Source: Polyangiales bacterium (lineage in GTDB: Bacteria > Myxococcota_A > Polyangia > Polyangiales > Ga0077539). From it: a DNA stretch of 64,000 nt. Numbering within the stretch: position 1 is the stretch's first letter; each line of letters begins with the position of its first letter. The notes under the pieces were generated by a model. It was not told the DNA's origin and searched no databases. It was given only the letters and a program-made list of their open reading frames with translations. Below, piece after piece: positions 9,605 to 20,500 of this stretch. The position numbers and the translations under genes were made by a program. Location of the stretch: NCBI GenBank assembly GCA_044229975.1, contig JBGARZ010000009.1, positions 155,947 through 219,946 on the forward strand, written 5' to 3'.

Positions 9605-10564
9605 CTACACGTCCATCGGCAGCCCCGCCCGCTGCCACAGCGACGTCCCCGCCATGAAGAACAACAACAACCCCGCCCCGCCGTAGGTCACGCCGATGCA
9701 GTCCGCGCGGGTGATTCCATCGGGGCCGCGGCGCCACAGAAACGCCGCCTGCGCCAACGGCGCCACCACCATCAGCAGCTCGCGCGTGGTCACCGCGCCC
9801 GCGATGCGCGCGCCCACGAGCACCGCCACCGAGGCCGCGCAGAGCGCAAACACGATGGCCGCGCTCACCCGCGAGCCGTGCACCACCGGGTAGGTCGGGA
9901 CGCCCACCGCGCGATCGCCGTCGATGTCGCGCAGGTCGTAGAGCACCTCGAAGGTGTGCTCGAAGAGGAAGAAGAAACCCACCACGGCAGCGATGCCCGC
10001 GAGCGACATCACCCGCGGACCGTGCACTCCCAGCAGCGGGTACAGCCCCACGCTGAGCACGAACATCACGGCGCTCATGGAGTTCTTGAAGAGGTAGAGG
10101 TCCTTGAAGCGGCGCCATCCCTTTGGCGTGGGGACGATGCGGAAGCTGTACCCGAGCCCCATCAGGTGGAACACCACGCGCACCCACGCGAGCGAGCGCG
10201 GCAGCTCCATGAAGCCGTAGGCCAGCGACGCCACCAGCGCGAAGAGACAGCCCGCGACCAGGGCCTTCGCGTGGCTCGCCACGAACTCCGTCGCCGCGAT
10301 GCCGTTGAGCCGGTCTTCGTCGACGTCGGTGGCGCGGTTGAGCAGGTTCACGATGCACCAGTCGAGGCCGCAGAGCAGCGCGAGCCCGACGGGGTACGCG
10401 CCCATGAACAGGTACCCGAAGGTCACGGTGGCGCAGACCGCGATGGCCACGATGTGCAGCCGCAGCGCCGAGGCGAGGTCGTTCACGCGTCGCTCTATAC
10501 CTGCGCCCCGTGCGATGGTCACCGCCCTCCCGATGGTCGCCCTCGAACTCGCCTGCCTCGCCAT
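9605..10564 (-). CDS. UbiA-family aromatic/isoprenoid prenyltransferase (integral membrane)
   Basis: Two Asp-rich motifs (NRATDVDEDRLNG and YDLRDIDGDRAVG) and a polytopic hydrophobic profile. The start is uncertain (GTG at 10486 and ATG at 10405 are alternatives), because the annotated start overlaps the divergent gene starting at 10515. Confidence 0.7.
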   Translation of the reverse strand: MARQASSRATIGRAVTIARGAGIERRVNDLASALRLHIVAIAVCATVTFGYLFMGAYPVGLALLCGLDWCIVNLLNRATDVDEDRLNGIAATEFVASHAKALVAGCLFALVASLAYGFMELPRSLAWVRVVFHLMGLGYSFRIVPTPKGWRRFKDLYLFKNSMSAVMFVLSVGLYPLLGVHGPRVMSLAGIAAVVGFFFLFEHTFEVLYDLRDIDGDRAVGVPTYPVVHGSRVSAAIVFALCAASVAVLVGARIAGAVTTRELLMVVAPLAQAAFLWRRGPDGITRADCIGVTYGGAGLLLFFMAGTSLWQRAGLPMDV

Positions 10565-11330
10565 CCTCGCCGCCTACTTCGTCGCCCACCGTCGCGAAGC
10601 CTCGCTCCTCCGCGACGCCGCCCTCCTCGGCCTCGGCGCGCTCGTCGGTGAAGACACCATGATCCGCGCGTACGGCTTCTACTTCTACGCGCCCGAGTGG
10701 CACCTCCACGTCGACCGCGTCCCGCTGCTCATCCCGACCATCTGGGCGCCCGTGGTTCTCTCCGCCCGTGCCGTCGCTCGCGCCCTGCTGCGCTCACCCG
10801 ACGCGCCCACCTGGAAGGAGTCCGCCCTCACCGCGGCGCTCGTCACCTTCGACGCCACCCTCATCGAGCCCATCGCCGTGCGCGCCGGCCTCTGGCGCTG
10901 GACGCAGCCCGGCGTGATGCACGTCCCGCTCATCGGCATCATCGGCTGGGGCTGCTACGCCTTCGCCGCGACGTGGCTCCTGCGCGCGCTGCCCGCGGGT
11001 CGTCGGTGGCTGATGCTCCCACTATCGGTGCTGGCCTCGCACGCCATGGTGCTCGCGCTCTGGTGGGGCGCCCTCCGCTGGACGCTGCGCGCCGAGCTGC
11101 CGCTCGCGACGACGGCGCCGGTGCTGGCCTTCTTCGCGACGCTCTACACCGTCGCGGTGGTGAAGACGGGCGCCCGGCTGCCGTGGCGCGAGCTGCTGCC
11201 GCGAGCGGCGGCGACGGGCTTCTTCGCGGTGCTGCTCGCGAGCCGGGCCGATGCGGCGATGGTGCTGTGGGCGGCGATGTTCACGCCGCCGTGGCTGGTG
11301 TTCTGTGGGCGGGCGCTGCGAAGCCGCTGA
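10515..11330 (+). CDS. Integral membrane protein of unknown function, possibly related to lycopene-cyclase-domain proteins
   Basis: Internal ATG at 10515 of ORF 10299..11330. The upstream part of that ORF overlaps the UbiA gene in antisense. The protein is very hydrophobic and polytopic (about 271 aa). Confidence 0.45.
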   Translation: MVTALPMVALELACLAILAAYFVAHRREASLLRDAALLGLGALVGEDTMIRAYGFYFYAPEWHLHVDRVPLLIPTIWAPVVLSARAVARALLRSPDAPTWKESALTAALVTFDATLIEPIAVRAGLWRWTQPGVMHVPLIGIIGWGCYAFAATWLLRALPAGRRWLMLPLSVLASHAMVLALWWGALRWTLRAELPLATTAPVLAFFATLYTVAVVKTGARLPWRELLPRAAATGFFAVLLASRADAAMVLWAAMFTPPWLVFCGRALRSR

Positions 11331-11333
11331 CGA

Positions 11334-12218
11334 CTACACCCGCGCCGCCATCGCCACCGCGGCCCGCATCTCCACCAGCCCGTAGCCCGGCAGCACCTGC
11401 GGCACCGTCGCCGACTCGCCCATGCACACCACCGGGCACGACACCCGGTCGACGAGCGAGCCCACCCGCGCGCCCAACAAGCGTCGCCGCACCGACCGCC
11501 GCGGGCTCAACACCATCAGATCGGGGTCGCACTCGCGCACCAGGTCGAGCACCGCGCCGCGCCACCCGCCCGGCGACACGTGCACTCGCGCCACGCGCCC
11601 GACGCCGAGCTCGCGGGTCACCACGTCGGCCACGTCGCCCGCGTGCAGCGGCCCATCGGGCGCGCTCACGTCGCCCTCGTTGATCTCCGGAACCACATGC
11701 AGCACGTGCAGCTCTCCGCCGAGCTTCTGCGCGAGCTCCGACGCCAGCGTGAGGTACCCGGCGTCCTTCGCGGCCGGGTCGAGCCAGCACGCGATGCGGC
11801 GCGCGGGCCTTCGCACGCCTGCCGAGGGCACACCCGACCCGATGGTCCACACGGGCGCGGGGCTCGCGGCGATGAGGGCCGCGCGCGTCGAGCGGCCGAT
11901 GTGCAGCGGGCGCAGACGGTCGACGCCCGGCGCGATGAACAGGTCGACGAGGCGCTCGTGGCTATGGGCGAGCGCGGCCTCGACCACGGTGCCCGCGAAG
12001 GCCACGCGGCGCGTCCCGGCGTAGCGATCGGCCTCGGGGAAGAAGCTCGCGAGGCGGGCTTCGGCGACGGACTGGCGCACCGCGCGCGGGTCGTACGCGT
12101 GCAGCAGCGTGAGGCGCATCGCGAGGTCGTCGGCCATCTGCGCCACCGCCGGAATCGATCGAAGACACCCGTCGGTGAAGTCGGTCAGGAAGACGACCTC
12201 CATCGCTCGCTCGCTCAT
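11334..12218 (-). CDS. Universal stress protein with tandem UspA domains
   Basis: C-terminal 294 aa of ORF 11334..13340(-), starting at MSERAMEVVF. Two USP-like halves are present, with G-rich ATP-binding loops and a VVCMGES...PVLV-type ending. Confidence 0.7.
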   Translation of the reverse strand: MSERAMEVVFLTDFTDGCLRSIPAVAQMADDLAMRLTLLHAYDPRAVRQSVAEARLASFFPEADRYAGTRRVAFAGTVVEAALAHSHERLVDLFIAPGVDRLRPLHIGRSTRAALIAASPAPVWTIGSGVPSAGVRRPARRIACWLDPAAKDAGYLTLASELAQKLGGELHVLHVVPEINEGDVSAPDGPLHAGDVADVVTRELGVGRVARVHVSPGGWRGAVLDLVRECDPDLMVLSPRRSVRRRLLGARVGSLVDRVSCPVVCMGESATVPQVLPGYGLVEMRAAVAMAARV

Positions 12219-12232
12219 GGCTCGGTACCCTT

Positions 12233-13141
12233 TCAACAGACGAACCCATCCGCCGGGCGGATCTCGCGCGGCACCTTCCCCACCCGCAGCCCCTGTCGGA
12301 TGTCGATCTCGACGGCGCGCGTGAGGCCGCTCATCGACGCGTCGTCGACCGTGCTCTCGAAGGGCTCCTCGACGTCGCGGCCGATGACCTCCAGGCACAG
12401 GAAGACCGCGCTCACCAGCGTCGAAGCCAGCGGGGTCCAGAGCCCCAGCGCTCCCACCTGCCCCAGTGGCAGGAGCACCGTGTACACGCCCACCAGCACG
12501 CGCGGGAGGTGCTCGTACTGCCGCGGGAGCGGAGTGCTCTTGATGCGCTCGCAGGCGCCCTGCACGTCGCAGAGCGCGGTGAGCGTCTCGTCCATCGCCG
12601 CGAAGCGAATCGAGTCCAGGCGCCCGAGGTCGTAGAGCGCCCTCGCCCGCTCGCCCATGCGCTGGAGGATCGCGAGGGGGACGTTCTGTTGCGTGCGCAG
12701 CCACGCCACGAGCTCGGGCGGCGCGCTGGGGCGCAGCTCGGGGAAGGGGTTCTGCCCGCGCAGGTGGCAGCGCAGCGCGTGGACGTAGGTGATCTGCAGC
12801 TCCACCAGCTCGCGGCGCAGCGCGTCGTGCTCGATCTCGGAGTGCGTCGGGTCGACGAGGGTGAGCGCCTGCCGCGCGAAGGTGCGGGCGTGGTGGACCA
12901 GCGACCCCCACCGGGTGCGCGCCTCCCGCCAGCGCTCGTACGCGGATGAATTCCTCGACGCGAGGAAGACGCCGAGCGCCGCGCCCATCATCGCCAGCGG
13001 CAGGTCCGGGATGGACACCGCCTTCACGTGAAGCTGCGTGTCGAGGAGCGCGATGGCGACGTCGAACACCAGCAGCCCGAGCAGTCGCCGCCAGGCCCAG
13101 GGCGGGAGCTTCCACCAAGGGGCGTGTTCTCTCGCGGTCAT
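12233..13141 (-). CDS. Bestrophin-like/UPF0187 (YneE) family membrane protein, a putative anion channel
   Basis: Hydrophobic N-terminal helices followed by a YERWREARTRWG-type motif. The probable start is the ATG at 13141 (MTAREHAPWWKL); the ORF extends to 13276. Confidence 0.55.
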   Translation of the reverse strand: MTAREHAPWWKLPPWAWRRLLGLLVFDVAIALLDTQLHVKAVSIPDLPLAMMGAALGVFLASRNSSAYERWREARTRWGSLVHHARTFARQALTLVDPTHSEIEHDALRRELVELQITYVHALRCHLRGQNPFPELRPSAPPELVAWLRTQQNVPLAILQRMGERARALYDLGRLDSIRFAAMDETLTALCDVQGACERIKSTPLPRQYEHLPRVLVGVYTVLLPLGQVGALGLWTPLASTLVSAVFLCLEVIGRDVEEPFESTVDDASMSGLTRAVEIDIRQGLRVGKVPREIRPADGFVC

Positions 13142-13287
13142 CGACGGGAGAACTACGGCCCGCTCCGCCGCGGTTCCACCGATCGTTCGCGCGTCCTTCG
13201 ACGCCATCGGGCGGTCGCAGCGCGGGTCCGATCGGATGATCGTTCGATAGGTGAGCGCGCCCCGTTTGACGGGCACACTGTGCGTCG

Positions 13288-14724
13288 ATGAGCACGACGC
13301 CCGCGCCCGTGACCGACGAGCAACGCCCGCCCCACCTCAACCACGCGTGGTGGGCGATTCCGGGCCGCGCCGTCGTCGCCGCGCTGCTCGTGCTGGGGCT
13401 CGTCGCCCTGGAGTCCCGCTGGCACCTCGGCTACTCGCTGGGGGTCTTCTACGTGTTCCCGGTCATCCTCGCGGCGACGGTGCTGCCGCGCGGCCGGGCG
13501 ATGCTCTTCGCGGTCGCGTGCGTGTGGGCCCGCTCGTGGTTCGTGCCCGACATGTCCGCCATCGAGTACTGGCTCCGCGCGCTCATGGCCATGCTCGCCT
13601 ACGGCGGCATCGGGCTGCTCGTGGTCGAGCAGACCCGCAACCGCCGCGCCCTCGTCGCCGCCTACGACGTCCTGCGCCTGGAGAAAGAACTCCGTCAGCG
13701 CGCCGAGAAGCAGCTCCGCACCCTGGTCGAGTCCAGCCCCGCGGCCATCGTCACGCTCAACCACCGGGCCGAGGTGCTCGCCGCCAACCGCGCCGCCACC
13801 GAGCTGCTGGGCGACGCCGACGCGGAGACCCTCCTCGGGCGAGCGGTGGCCGAGCAGGTCCCGCTCTTCGCGCAGGCGCTCGCGGTGGGCGACAACACGC
13901 GCGCGCTGCGGGCCTCGGCGTCGAGCTGGGCGCGCCGCGCCGACGGGCACCCGTTTCCGGTGACGACGTGGTTCTCGACCTACGGGGAGGGCGACGAGCG
14001 CTGCCTCGCGGGCATCCTGGTGGACATGTCCGAGGAGGTCCGCGAGCGCGACCTGGAGGCGTTTCGCCAGATCAACGAGCACCACCGGCTGCTGGCCGGG
14101 ACGGTGTCCCACGAGATCCGCAACCTGTGCTCGGCCATCCGGGTGGCGCAGACCAACCTCGGGCAGCACGGCGACGTCGCGTCGACGGCCGACTACGTGG
14201 CGCTCACCGCCCTGGTGCACAGCCTCTCGAAGATCGCCTCGGTGCACCTGCGCGAGGCCTCGCGCCCCTCGGCGGCCATCGCCCGACTGCGCCACGTGGT
14301 GAAGCAGCTCCTCATCGTGGTGGAGCCCGACTGGATCGACATCGGCGGCGTCGTCCACTGGGAGCGCCCCGACGGCGACCCCTACGTCCGCGGCGACGCC
14401 AACGAGCTCATCCAGGTGCTGCTCAACCTCGCGCACAACTCCCTGCGCGCCGTGCAGGGCATCGAGAACCCGTCGCTCACCATGGTCGTCGACGTCGGCC
14501 CGCAGACCACCACCATCAGCATCATCGACAACGGCCCCGGCGTGGCCGACGTCACGGCGCTGTTTCAGCCCTTCCGTCCCGGCGCGGATGGCGCGGGCCT
14601 CGGGCTCTACACCTCGCGCGCCATCATGCGTAGCATCGACGGCGACGTGCGACACGTTCCGACCGCGACGGGTTGTCGCTTCGATGTGATCGTCCCCACC
14701 GCCCCGACGCCAGCATCACCATGA
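13288..14724 (+). CDS. Membrane-bound sensor histidine kinase
   Basis: N-terminal TM helices, a coiled coil, an H-box (GTVSHEIRNL), and N/G-box motifs of the HATPase domain (NLAHNS, DNGPG, GLGLY). Confidence 0.85.
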   Translation: MSTTPAPVTDEQRPPHLNHAWWAIPGRAVVAALLVLGLVALESRWHLGYSLGVFYVFPVILAATVLPRGRAMLFAVACVWARSWFVPDMSAIEYWLRALMAMLAYGGIGLLVVEQTRNRRALVAAYDVLRLEKELRQRAEKQLRTLVESSPAAIVTLNHRAEVLAANRAATELLGDADAETLLGRAVAEQVPLFAQALAVGDNTRALRASASSWARRADGHPFPVTTWFSTYGEGDERCLAGILVDMSEEVRERDLEAFRQINEHHRLLAGTVSHEIRNLCSAIRVAQTNLGQHGDVASTADYVALTALVHSLSKIASVHLREASRPSAAIARLRHVVKQLLIVVEPDWIDIGGVVHWERPDGDPYVRGDANELIQVLLNLAHNSLRAVQGIENPSLTMVVDVGPQTTTISIIDNGPGVADVTALFQPFRPGADGAGLGLYTSRAIMRSIDGDVRHVPTATGCRFDVIVPTAPTPASP

Positions 14725-15362
14725 CGGCCGAACCCATCAACCTCTACGTCCTCGACGACCACGCGCTCTTCCGCGAGGGGCTCCTGCGCCTCCTCGAACA
14801 CGACGCCGGCGTGCGCGTGGTGGGCAGCTCCGGGGTGATCGCCGACGCGCTGGGCCAGCTCGCGCGGCTGCGGGTCGACGTGCTCATCCTCGACTACGAC
14901 CTCGGCGACGACACGGCGCTCGCGGTGATGCGGGCGCTGCGCGAGGGCGGTTCGACGGCGCGGGTGGTGGTGGTCACGGCGGGCCTGCCCAACCACGACG
15001 CGCTGGAGCTCATCCGGCTGGGCATCTTCGGCATCTTCCACAAGCAGCACGCGCCTGACGAGCTGCTGCGGGTGATCCACGGCGTGGCCGAGGGCAAGGT
15101 GCTCATCGACCAGCAGTACCTCCAGCAGCTCATCGAGACGACGGCGCAGCACACGCCCATGCGCCCGAGCCTCACCGAGCGCGACCGGCAGGTGCTTCGG
15201 TTGCTGCTGGAGGGCTTATCCAACAAGGAGATCGCGTCGCGGCTGTCGGTGTCCGAGAGCGCCATCAAGGCGTCGCTGCAACAGCTCTTCGCGAAGACGG
15301 GCGTACGGACGCGCAGTCACCTCGTGCGCGTGGCGTTGGAGAACTTCCGCGGGGAACTGTAG
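14721..15362 (+). CDS. Response regulator, NarL/FixJ family (receiver domain plus LuxR-type HTH)
   Basis: The ATG at 14721 overlaps the histidine kinase stop (ATGA). The receiver domain has D at the LILDYDLGDD position. The C-terminal LuxR HTH reads LSNKEIASRLSVSESAIKASLQQLFAK. Confidence 0.85.
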   Translation: MTAEPINLYVLDDHALFREGLLRLLEHDAGVRVVGSSGVIADALGQLARLRVDVLILDYDLGDDTALAVMRALREGGSTARVVVVTAGLPNHDALELIRLGIFGIFHKQHAPDELLRVIHGVAEGKVLIDQQYLQQLIETTAQHTPMRPSLTERDRQVLRLLLEGLSNKEIASRLSVSESAIKASLQQLFAKTGVRTRSHLVRVALENFRGEL

Positions 15363-15402
15363 CCGTAGGAGGGAGCTCGCACGCTTCCGTCCTACGGCCC
15401 CC
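15363..15402. terminator. Candidate bidirectional terminator hairpin between convergent genes
   Basis: Inverted repeat ccgtagga...tcctacgg between the response regulator stop (15362) and the stop of the minus-strand gene (15392). The loop is long, so this is low confidence. Confidence 0.3.
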
Positions 15403-16714
15403 AGCGCACCGCGCGCGCCCTGAACCACTCCCGCACCTCGCGCGCCCTCCACGTCGGCCCCAACGCCCGCGCCACCGCCGGATCAGTCCGCGCCGGGTGC
15501 ACCTCCAACAGCCACAGCCCGCCCGGGTGCGCCCGCTGCCACGTCGGCAGCTCGCTCACCGCCACGTAGCGCGCGACCGGTCGCCCGCCCGTGTACACCG
15601 CGAGGTGGCGCTCCAGCGGGTGCGGCAACACCGACGTCTCTCCGCGGCGCTCCAGCTCCGTCGCGAAGGCCGCGAGCGAGCGCCAGTCCGCCCGGTGCTT
15701 CACCACATGCGAGTCGCGCACGGCGTCGGCGCACCCGAGCGCGCACAGCGCCACCAGCACCCGCCCGTTGCTCGCACCGCGAGCGGCCACCACCAGCCCG
15801 ACGCCGAGCGCGCCGATGGCGTACTTCGCGAGGAAGATCGGCTGCGACACCAACGACACCGCCAGCGGCAGCGCCGTGTTGGCGACGAGCACCCCACCGA
15901 GCGCGAGCGACTCCGCCCGCGGCAGCTCCCGCGCGAGCGAGCGCGCGCCCCGCCCGAAGCACCACAGCCCGAGCAGCACGTACGCCACCGCGAAGGGCCC
16001 GTCGTACAGCCACCCGAGGAGCCACGCCTTCGCATCGGGCGCGTCGATCCAGAACGCCCGCTCGACCCGCGTCACCTGCAACGCCAGCGTCGACGCCCAC
16101 GGCAGGTACGCGACCGCCACCACGGCATACGCGGCCGCGGCCTTCGCGAGCGAGCGCCGATCGCGGCGCAGCGCGACGAGCCCGAGCGCGCTGCCACCGA
16201 TGGTGAGCAGCCCGAAGACGTGGGTGTACGCGAGCGCTGTCGCCGCGACGACGAAGGCCCCCCAGCGGCCGAGCGTGGGCGACCGCAACGCGCGCACGAG
16301 CAGCGTCATCGCGAGGGCGGTGAGCGCGAGGGTGAGCGAGTACGAGCGGGCCTCGCGGGCGTAGTAGACGGCGAAGGGCGAGGTCGCCGCGAGGGCCAGC
16401 GCACCGAGGGCTTCGCGCGGCGGGAGCAGCGTTCGCGCGAGGTGATGGAGGCCCAGCACGGCGAGCATGCCGGCGACGAGTGAGAGCGAGCGCGCGGCGA
16501 GCTCGGAGGTGCCGAAGAGACGGAGCCACGCGGCCAGCAGGGCGAAGTAGAGCGGCGGGTGGACGTCGAGCGTGGTCAGGTGATGGAGCAGGTCGCGCGG
16601 CGCCATCGACGCGACGGAGACCGACGAGAGCTCGTCGAGCCAGAGGCTCTCGCGCGCGAGGCCAGGGGCGCGCAGCCCGAGGGCGACCGCGAGCAGCGCC
16701 AGCCGACGGGGCAC
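15392..16714 (-). CDS. PMT/ArnT-like (GT39/GT83-type) polytopic membrane glycosyltransferase
   Basis: 440 aa, polytopic. An N-terminal loop carries a DE motif (ESLWLDELSS). The overall profile resembles COG1807-family proteins. Its start is 5 bp from the stop of the upstream gene. Confidence 0.6.
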   Translation of the reverse strand: MPRRLALLAVALGLRAPGLARESLWLDELSSVSVASMAPRDLLHHLTTLDVHPPLYFALLAAWLRLFGTSELAARSLSLVAGMLAVLGLHHLARTLLPPREALGALALAATSPFAVYYAREARSYSLTLALTALAMTLLVRALRSPTLGRWGAFVVAATALAYTHVFGLLTIGGSALGLVALRRDRRSLAKAAAAYAVVAVAYLPWASTLALQVTRVERAFWIDAPDAKAWLLGWLYDGPFAVAYVLLGLWCFGRGARSLARELPRAESLALGGVLVANTALPLAVSLVSQPIFLAKYAIGALGVGLVVAARGASNGRVLVALCALGCADAVRDSHVVKHRADWRSLAAFATELERRGETSVLPHPLERHLAVYTGGRPVARYVAVSELPTWQRAHPGGLWLLEVHPARTDPAVARALGPTWRAREVREWFRARAVRWGP

Positions 16715-16718
16715 CAGG

Positions 16719-17522
16719 TCAGGTTCCGAAGTGCAGCCGACCGAAGCGTGACGAGCGGTGGAAGTTGCCCTGGCCCAGCACCGGCGACCACGCGAGCGAG
16801 TCGCGCTGCCCGTCGCGGAACGTGTAGAGGTTCAGCCGCCACGCATCGCCCGGCCGCGGACGATCGGTCACGCGCGACGTCACCAGCGACGCCCACGGGA
16901 TCAGCATCTCCACGGTGTACCCGCTGGAGGTGCGAGCGGTTCCGCAGGCGAGGCTCGGCTCCCAGTCTTCGTGACCGAAGTGCGTGACCCCGTTTGCGTC
17001 GGGGCCGACCGGGCGGTTGTAGTCATCGAAGCGCGTGGTCCAGCGGGCGCCGTTGGCCCCGACCTGCACCTCGAAGTACTCGCGGTTGTCGCCGAAGTCT
17101 CCGGGCTGGAGCATCACCTCGACGCCCGACGCTCCGTCCCACACATGCGCGTCTCGCTGCGTCGCGGGAAACGGGTTTTGCGGCGATCGGTCGTCCACCT
17201 CGAAGGCGATGAGCAGGCCCTGTTCGTTCCACGCGATGCGGGCGTCGCCGGTGACCTTCGAGCCCGGCGTCGGTCGCCCCGTCCCAGGGTGGACGAAGCC
17301 CTGCGCGCGCCCCGCCGTCTCCCAGATGGCCTCGTCGAGCCGCCCGTCCCAGCGCATCGCGCCGATCGCGTGGGGCGCCGTGATGGTGGGTAGTTCACCC
17401 CCCGAACGATCGGGCGTCGGCGCGCGCGGAGCCGACCTCCGGCACCCCAGGAGCCCAACCGCTAGCATCCAAAGAACCAGGGGCCGTGGGGACGCCGGAA
17501 TCGTCCGGAGCGCCGGGATCAT
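16719..17522 (-). CDS. Secreted lipoprotein, possibly with a CBM9/DOMON-like beta-sandwich (hypothetical)
   Basis: Internal start MIPALRTIPASPRPLVLWMLAVGLLGC (signal peptide plus lipobox) inside ORF 16719..18998(-). Its ATG overlaps the acylase stop in an ATGA arrangement. Confidence 0.55.
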   Translation of the reverse strand: MIPALRTIPASPRPLVLWMLAVGLLGCRRSAPRAPTPDRSGGELPTITAPHAIGAMRWDGRLDEAIWETAGRAQGFVHPGTGRPTPGSKVTGDARIAWNEQGLLIAFEVDDRSPQNPFPATQRDAHVWDGASGVEVMLQPGDFGDNREYFEVQVGANGARWTTRFDDYNRPVGPDANGVTHFGHEDWEPSLACGTARTSSGYTVEMLIPWASLVTSRVTDRPRPGDAWRLNLYTFRDGQRDSLAWSPVLGQGNFHRSSRFGRLHFGT

Positions 17523-20500
17523 CGATCCGTTCCACCGGTCGACGGCGCGGGCATCAGCACCTCGTGGCCCGTCGCCGCAGCCACCACCGACGCCGACGAG
17601 AGCAGCATCGGCAGCGCGCGGTTGCCCAGCCACAACCGCGCCTGGTCGTCGAAGTAGGGATTGCCGTTGTTGTTGAGCCCCGACTGCCCGCCCGGAATCA
17701 CGTTGCGGGCCTCGGTCGCGTCGGGCATGTCCCGGCGCAGCGACACCACCATCCGGTACGTCGGCCCCGAACCGAACGTGAACGACTCGCCGCCAAAGCC
17801 CGAGTTCGCCGCGTCGACGCCCCACTGATCGCCCGGTCGGGGGAAGCCCGGCAGCGTCAAGCGCGGGTCGCCCGCCGGCAGCCCCATCCCCAGCGGGATG
17901 CGCGTCGGCGTGATGGAGAAGCCCGACACCAGCGCGCCGAGCGACGAACCCCCGTCGAGGAAGGTCGACAAGATCGACTCGAAGCGAACGTGGTGACGCA
18001 GCCCCCAGATCCACTGGTCCATGTCGTTGGTGCCAAAGCCGCCGCGACCCGGCGCCGTCGGCGCGGTGCGCAGGAAGGTCAGCGCGCCGTCGAGGGCCGT
18101 GAGCGCCACCTCGCGGCTGGTCTCCACGGCCTCGGTGCCGAGCACGTCGAAGTACGCGCTCTCGTTGGTCGCCGGGTTGAACGACGCCAGCATCTCGGTG
18201 TTGCCCGCACCGCGTCCGCGCAGCATCCGCAGCAGCGCGCGCACCTTGCCGACGCTGCCGCCGCCGCCGTTGTCGAAGACCCCGTCGGGCAGCCGCTCGT
18301 CGTTGAACACGCCGTTGAAGAAGCGGCCCATCCACGCGTTGTGGATGGTCGTCGCGACGGCCATCTCGCGCTCGTTGGTGGCGACCGCGTGGTAGAAGGT
18401 CTCCACGCCCGACAGCGCCGGGAAGCCCGCGGTCTGCCACGCCATCAGCCGCCGCTCGACGCTCGTGTAGTCCGCCTCGTGCGCGCGCCACATCGCCGCG
18501 AGCCGCGCCTCGGCCGTGCCTGCGGCGGGCGTTCCTGCCGCCGCCGTGCGCGCCTGCGCGATGGCGTCGAGCAGCGCCGGAACCAGCACCTCGCCCAGGT
18601 TGGAGTGCGTGTCTGCCTGGATGGCCGCCATCGCGTCGCCGTCGAGGTTGCGCGCCGCCACGCCCTCGCTCAGCAGCCGGTCGAGGCGCGCCGCGCGAAA
18701 CCCGTCGTGCCACGGCCCGCCGATGTACACCGGGTCGTTGGTGAGCGAGTCGTCGCCGGTGATGTTGCCGGGCTCGTTGTTGGCCGTCTGCACGTAGCCG
18801 CGCGTCGGGTTGAGCGCGGCGGGCGTGCTGGCGAGCGGGATCGCGCACGCATACGGGTCGCTCCCGACGGTCTCGTCGATGACGCCGTCGCGCAGCGGGA
18901 TGCTGAACCCGCCGTACTGCGTCCCGTCGAGGAGCATCCGGGGGTTGGCGCCTGTCTGCCAGGTGCGGTCGGTGTTGCGCGGCAGGTACCCGCGGCACGG
19001 AACGCCCTGCCAGCCCGCGTAGTAGACCGACCCGTTGGCGTCGGCCGCGACCTGGTTGAGCGACGTGGCGAGCATCGAGCGGCTGGCCTCGCGAAACTCT
19101 TGAACCGTGCGCGCCTTGCCGAAGCCGTCGTAGGCGCGGAAGGCGTTGCCACCGTCGAGGCCGACGTAGTCGAAGCTCACGGCGGTGACGACGCCGTCGC
19201 CGTTGGTGTCGCCCGGCACCACGAGGTCGCCGAGCAGTTGCACCCGCACCTCACCGGGGACCACCGGGTCGGTGGGTCGCACGGTGCGGCCTTCGATCTG
19301 CGTGATCCAGCGGCCGTCGAAGGTGGTGTAGCGGTTCCATCGCTCGGTGCGGCCGACGCTCATGAGGGCGGGAACGTTGGCGACGGTGACGCTCTCCTCG
19401 GTGACGGTGAGCGGTCGCATCTCGCCGCGGAATCGCGTCGCGGTGGGTCGCCCCATGGCGTCGAGGACGAGCTCTTCGCGGTACCAGTCGGTGATGTCGC
19501 CGCCGAGCTGCGTGAAGCCCCACGCGACCTGCCCGTTGGTTCCCATCGCCGTCGCGGGGAGGAAGGTGAGCGCGATGCCGACCTGATGGATGTCGCCACC
19601 GCCGAGGGTCTGCGTGTCGAGGCCGATCTGGTAGAAGAGCGCGGGGATGGTGAGCGGGAGGTGCCCGTCGGCCGCGAGCAGCGTGTCGCCGCTGCGGGTG
19701 CGGTTGCCCATCACGGCCCACGAGTTGGAGCCGTAGCCCACCTCGATGTCGCGCATGAGCCGCGCCTGGATCTCGTCGAGCCGGGTCACCAGGCGATCGA
19801 GCGTCGGCCGCGGGACGTTGACGGCGACTCGACTGGGCTCGACCGCGGGCTGCGCTCCGGGGCGCGCGTTGCGGGCGGGCTGTCGTGGTGCGCGCGAGGC
19901 CATGGTGCCGGTCTCCAGGCCCCAACCGTCGGCTGAGCGCGAGGGAGCGGGCTGACGCAGCGGGTTCCAGAACTCGGGGAGGACACCCGCGGCGCGGAGC
20001 TCACCGAGGGCCTGTCCGGTGAAGTTGCCAGGGAGGTTGCGCGCGGCGCGATCGCGGTCGACGTCGTCGGTCTCGAAGCCCGACTGGTAGAGGAACGTGG
20101 TGTTCATCGCGGCGACGTCGCGCACGGTGAAGTCCTCCATGATGGCGGACGCGCGCGGGCGGCCGAGCAGCGGCGCCGCGAGGGTGTACTCGCTGGGAGA
20201 CGGGAGGGTGTTCTCGCGGGCCTGGGCGATGTACGCGTTGATGCCGTCGGCGAAGCTCTGGAAGATCGCGCGCTGCTCGGCGCTGAGGTTCGCGAGGATG
20301 CGGTCGGTGACGAAGCTCATGCCGACGCCGAGGTTCTGCTGATCGCTGGCCAGCGCCGCGTCGCCGAGCAGGGCCGAGAGCCTGCCGGTGGCGTAGCGCC
20401 GCGCGAGGTCGAGGAAGAAGAAGCGGTCGCGGGCGACGACGAAGCCGTGCGCGCGGGCGAGGTCGTTGCGGTTGCGCGCGTAGATGTGCGGAACGTTCCC

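Noticed and set aside
7703-10651. 982 aa ORF on the plus strand
   Set aside because: It is antisense to glyS and the UbiA gene. It is Arg/His-rich with low-complexity composition typical of an off-frame high-GC artefact, while the opposite strand encodes strongly conserved GlyS.
11334-13340. A single 668 aa ORF spanning the UspA and bestrophin-like region
   Set aside because: Only the C-terminal 294 aa (11334-12218) are USP-like. The upstream part is out of frame relative to the real bestrophin-like gene (12233-13276 frame) and has artefact composition. I split it into two genes.
17486-19936. 816 aa ORF on the plus strand
   Set aside because: It is antisense to the penicillin-acylase-family gene and has artefact-like composition.
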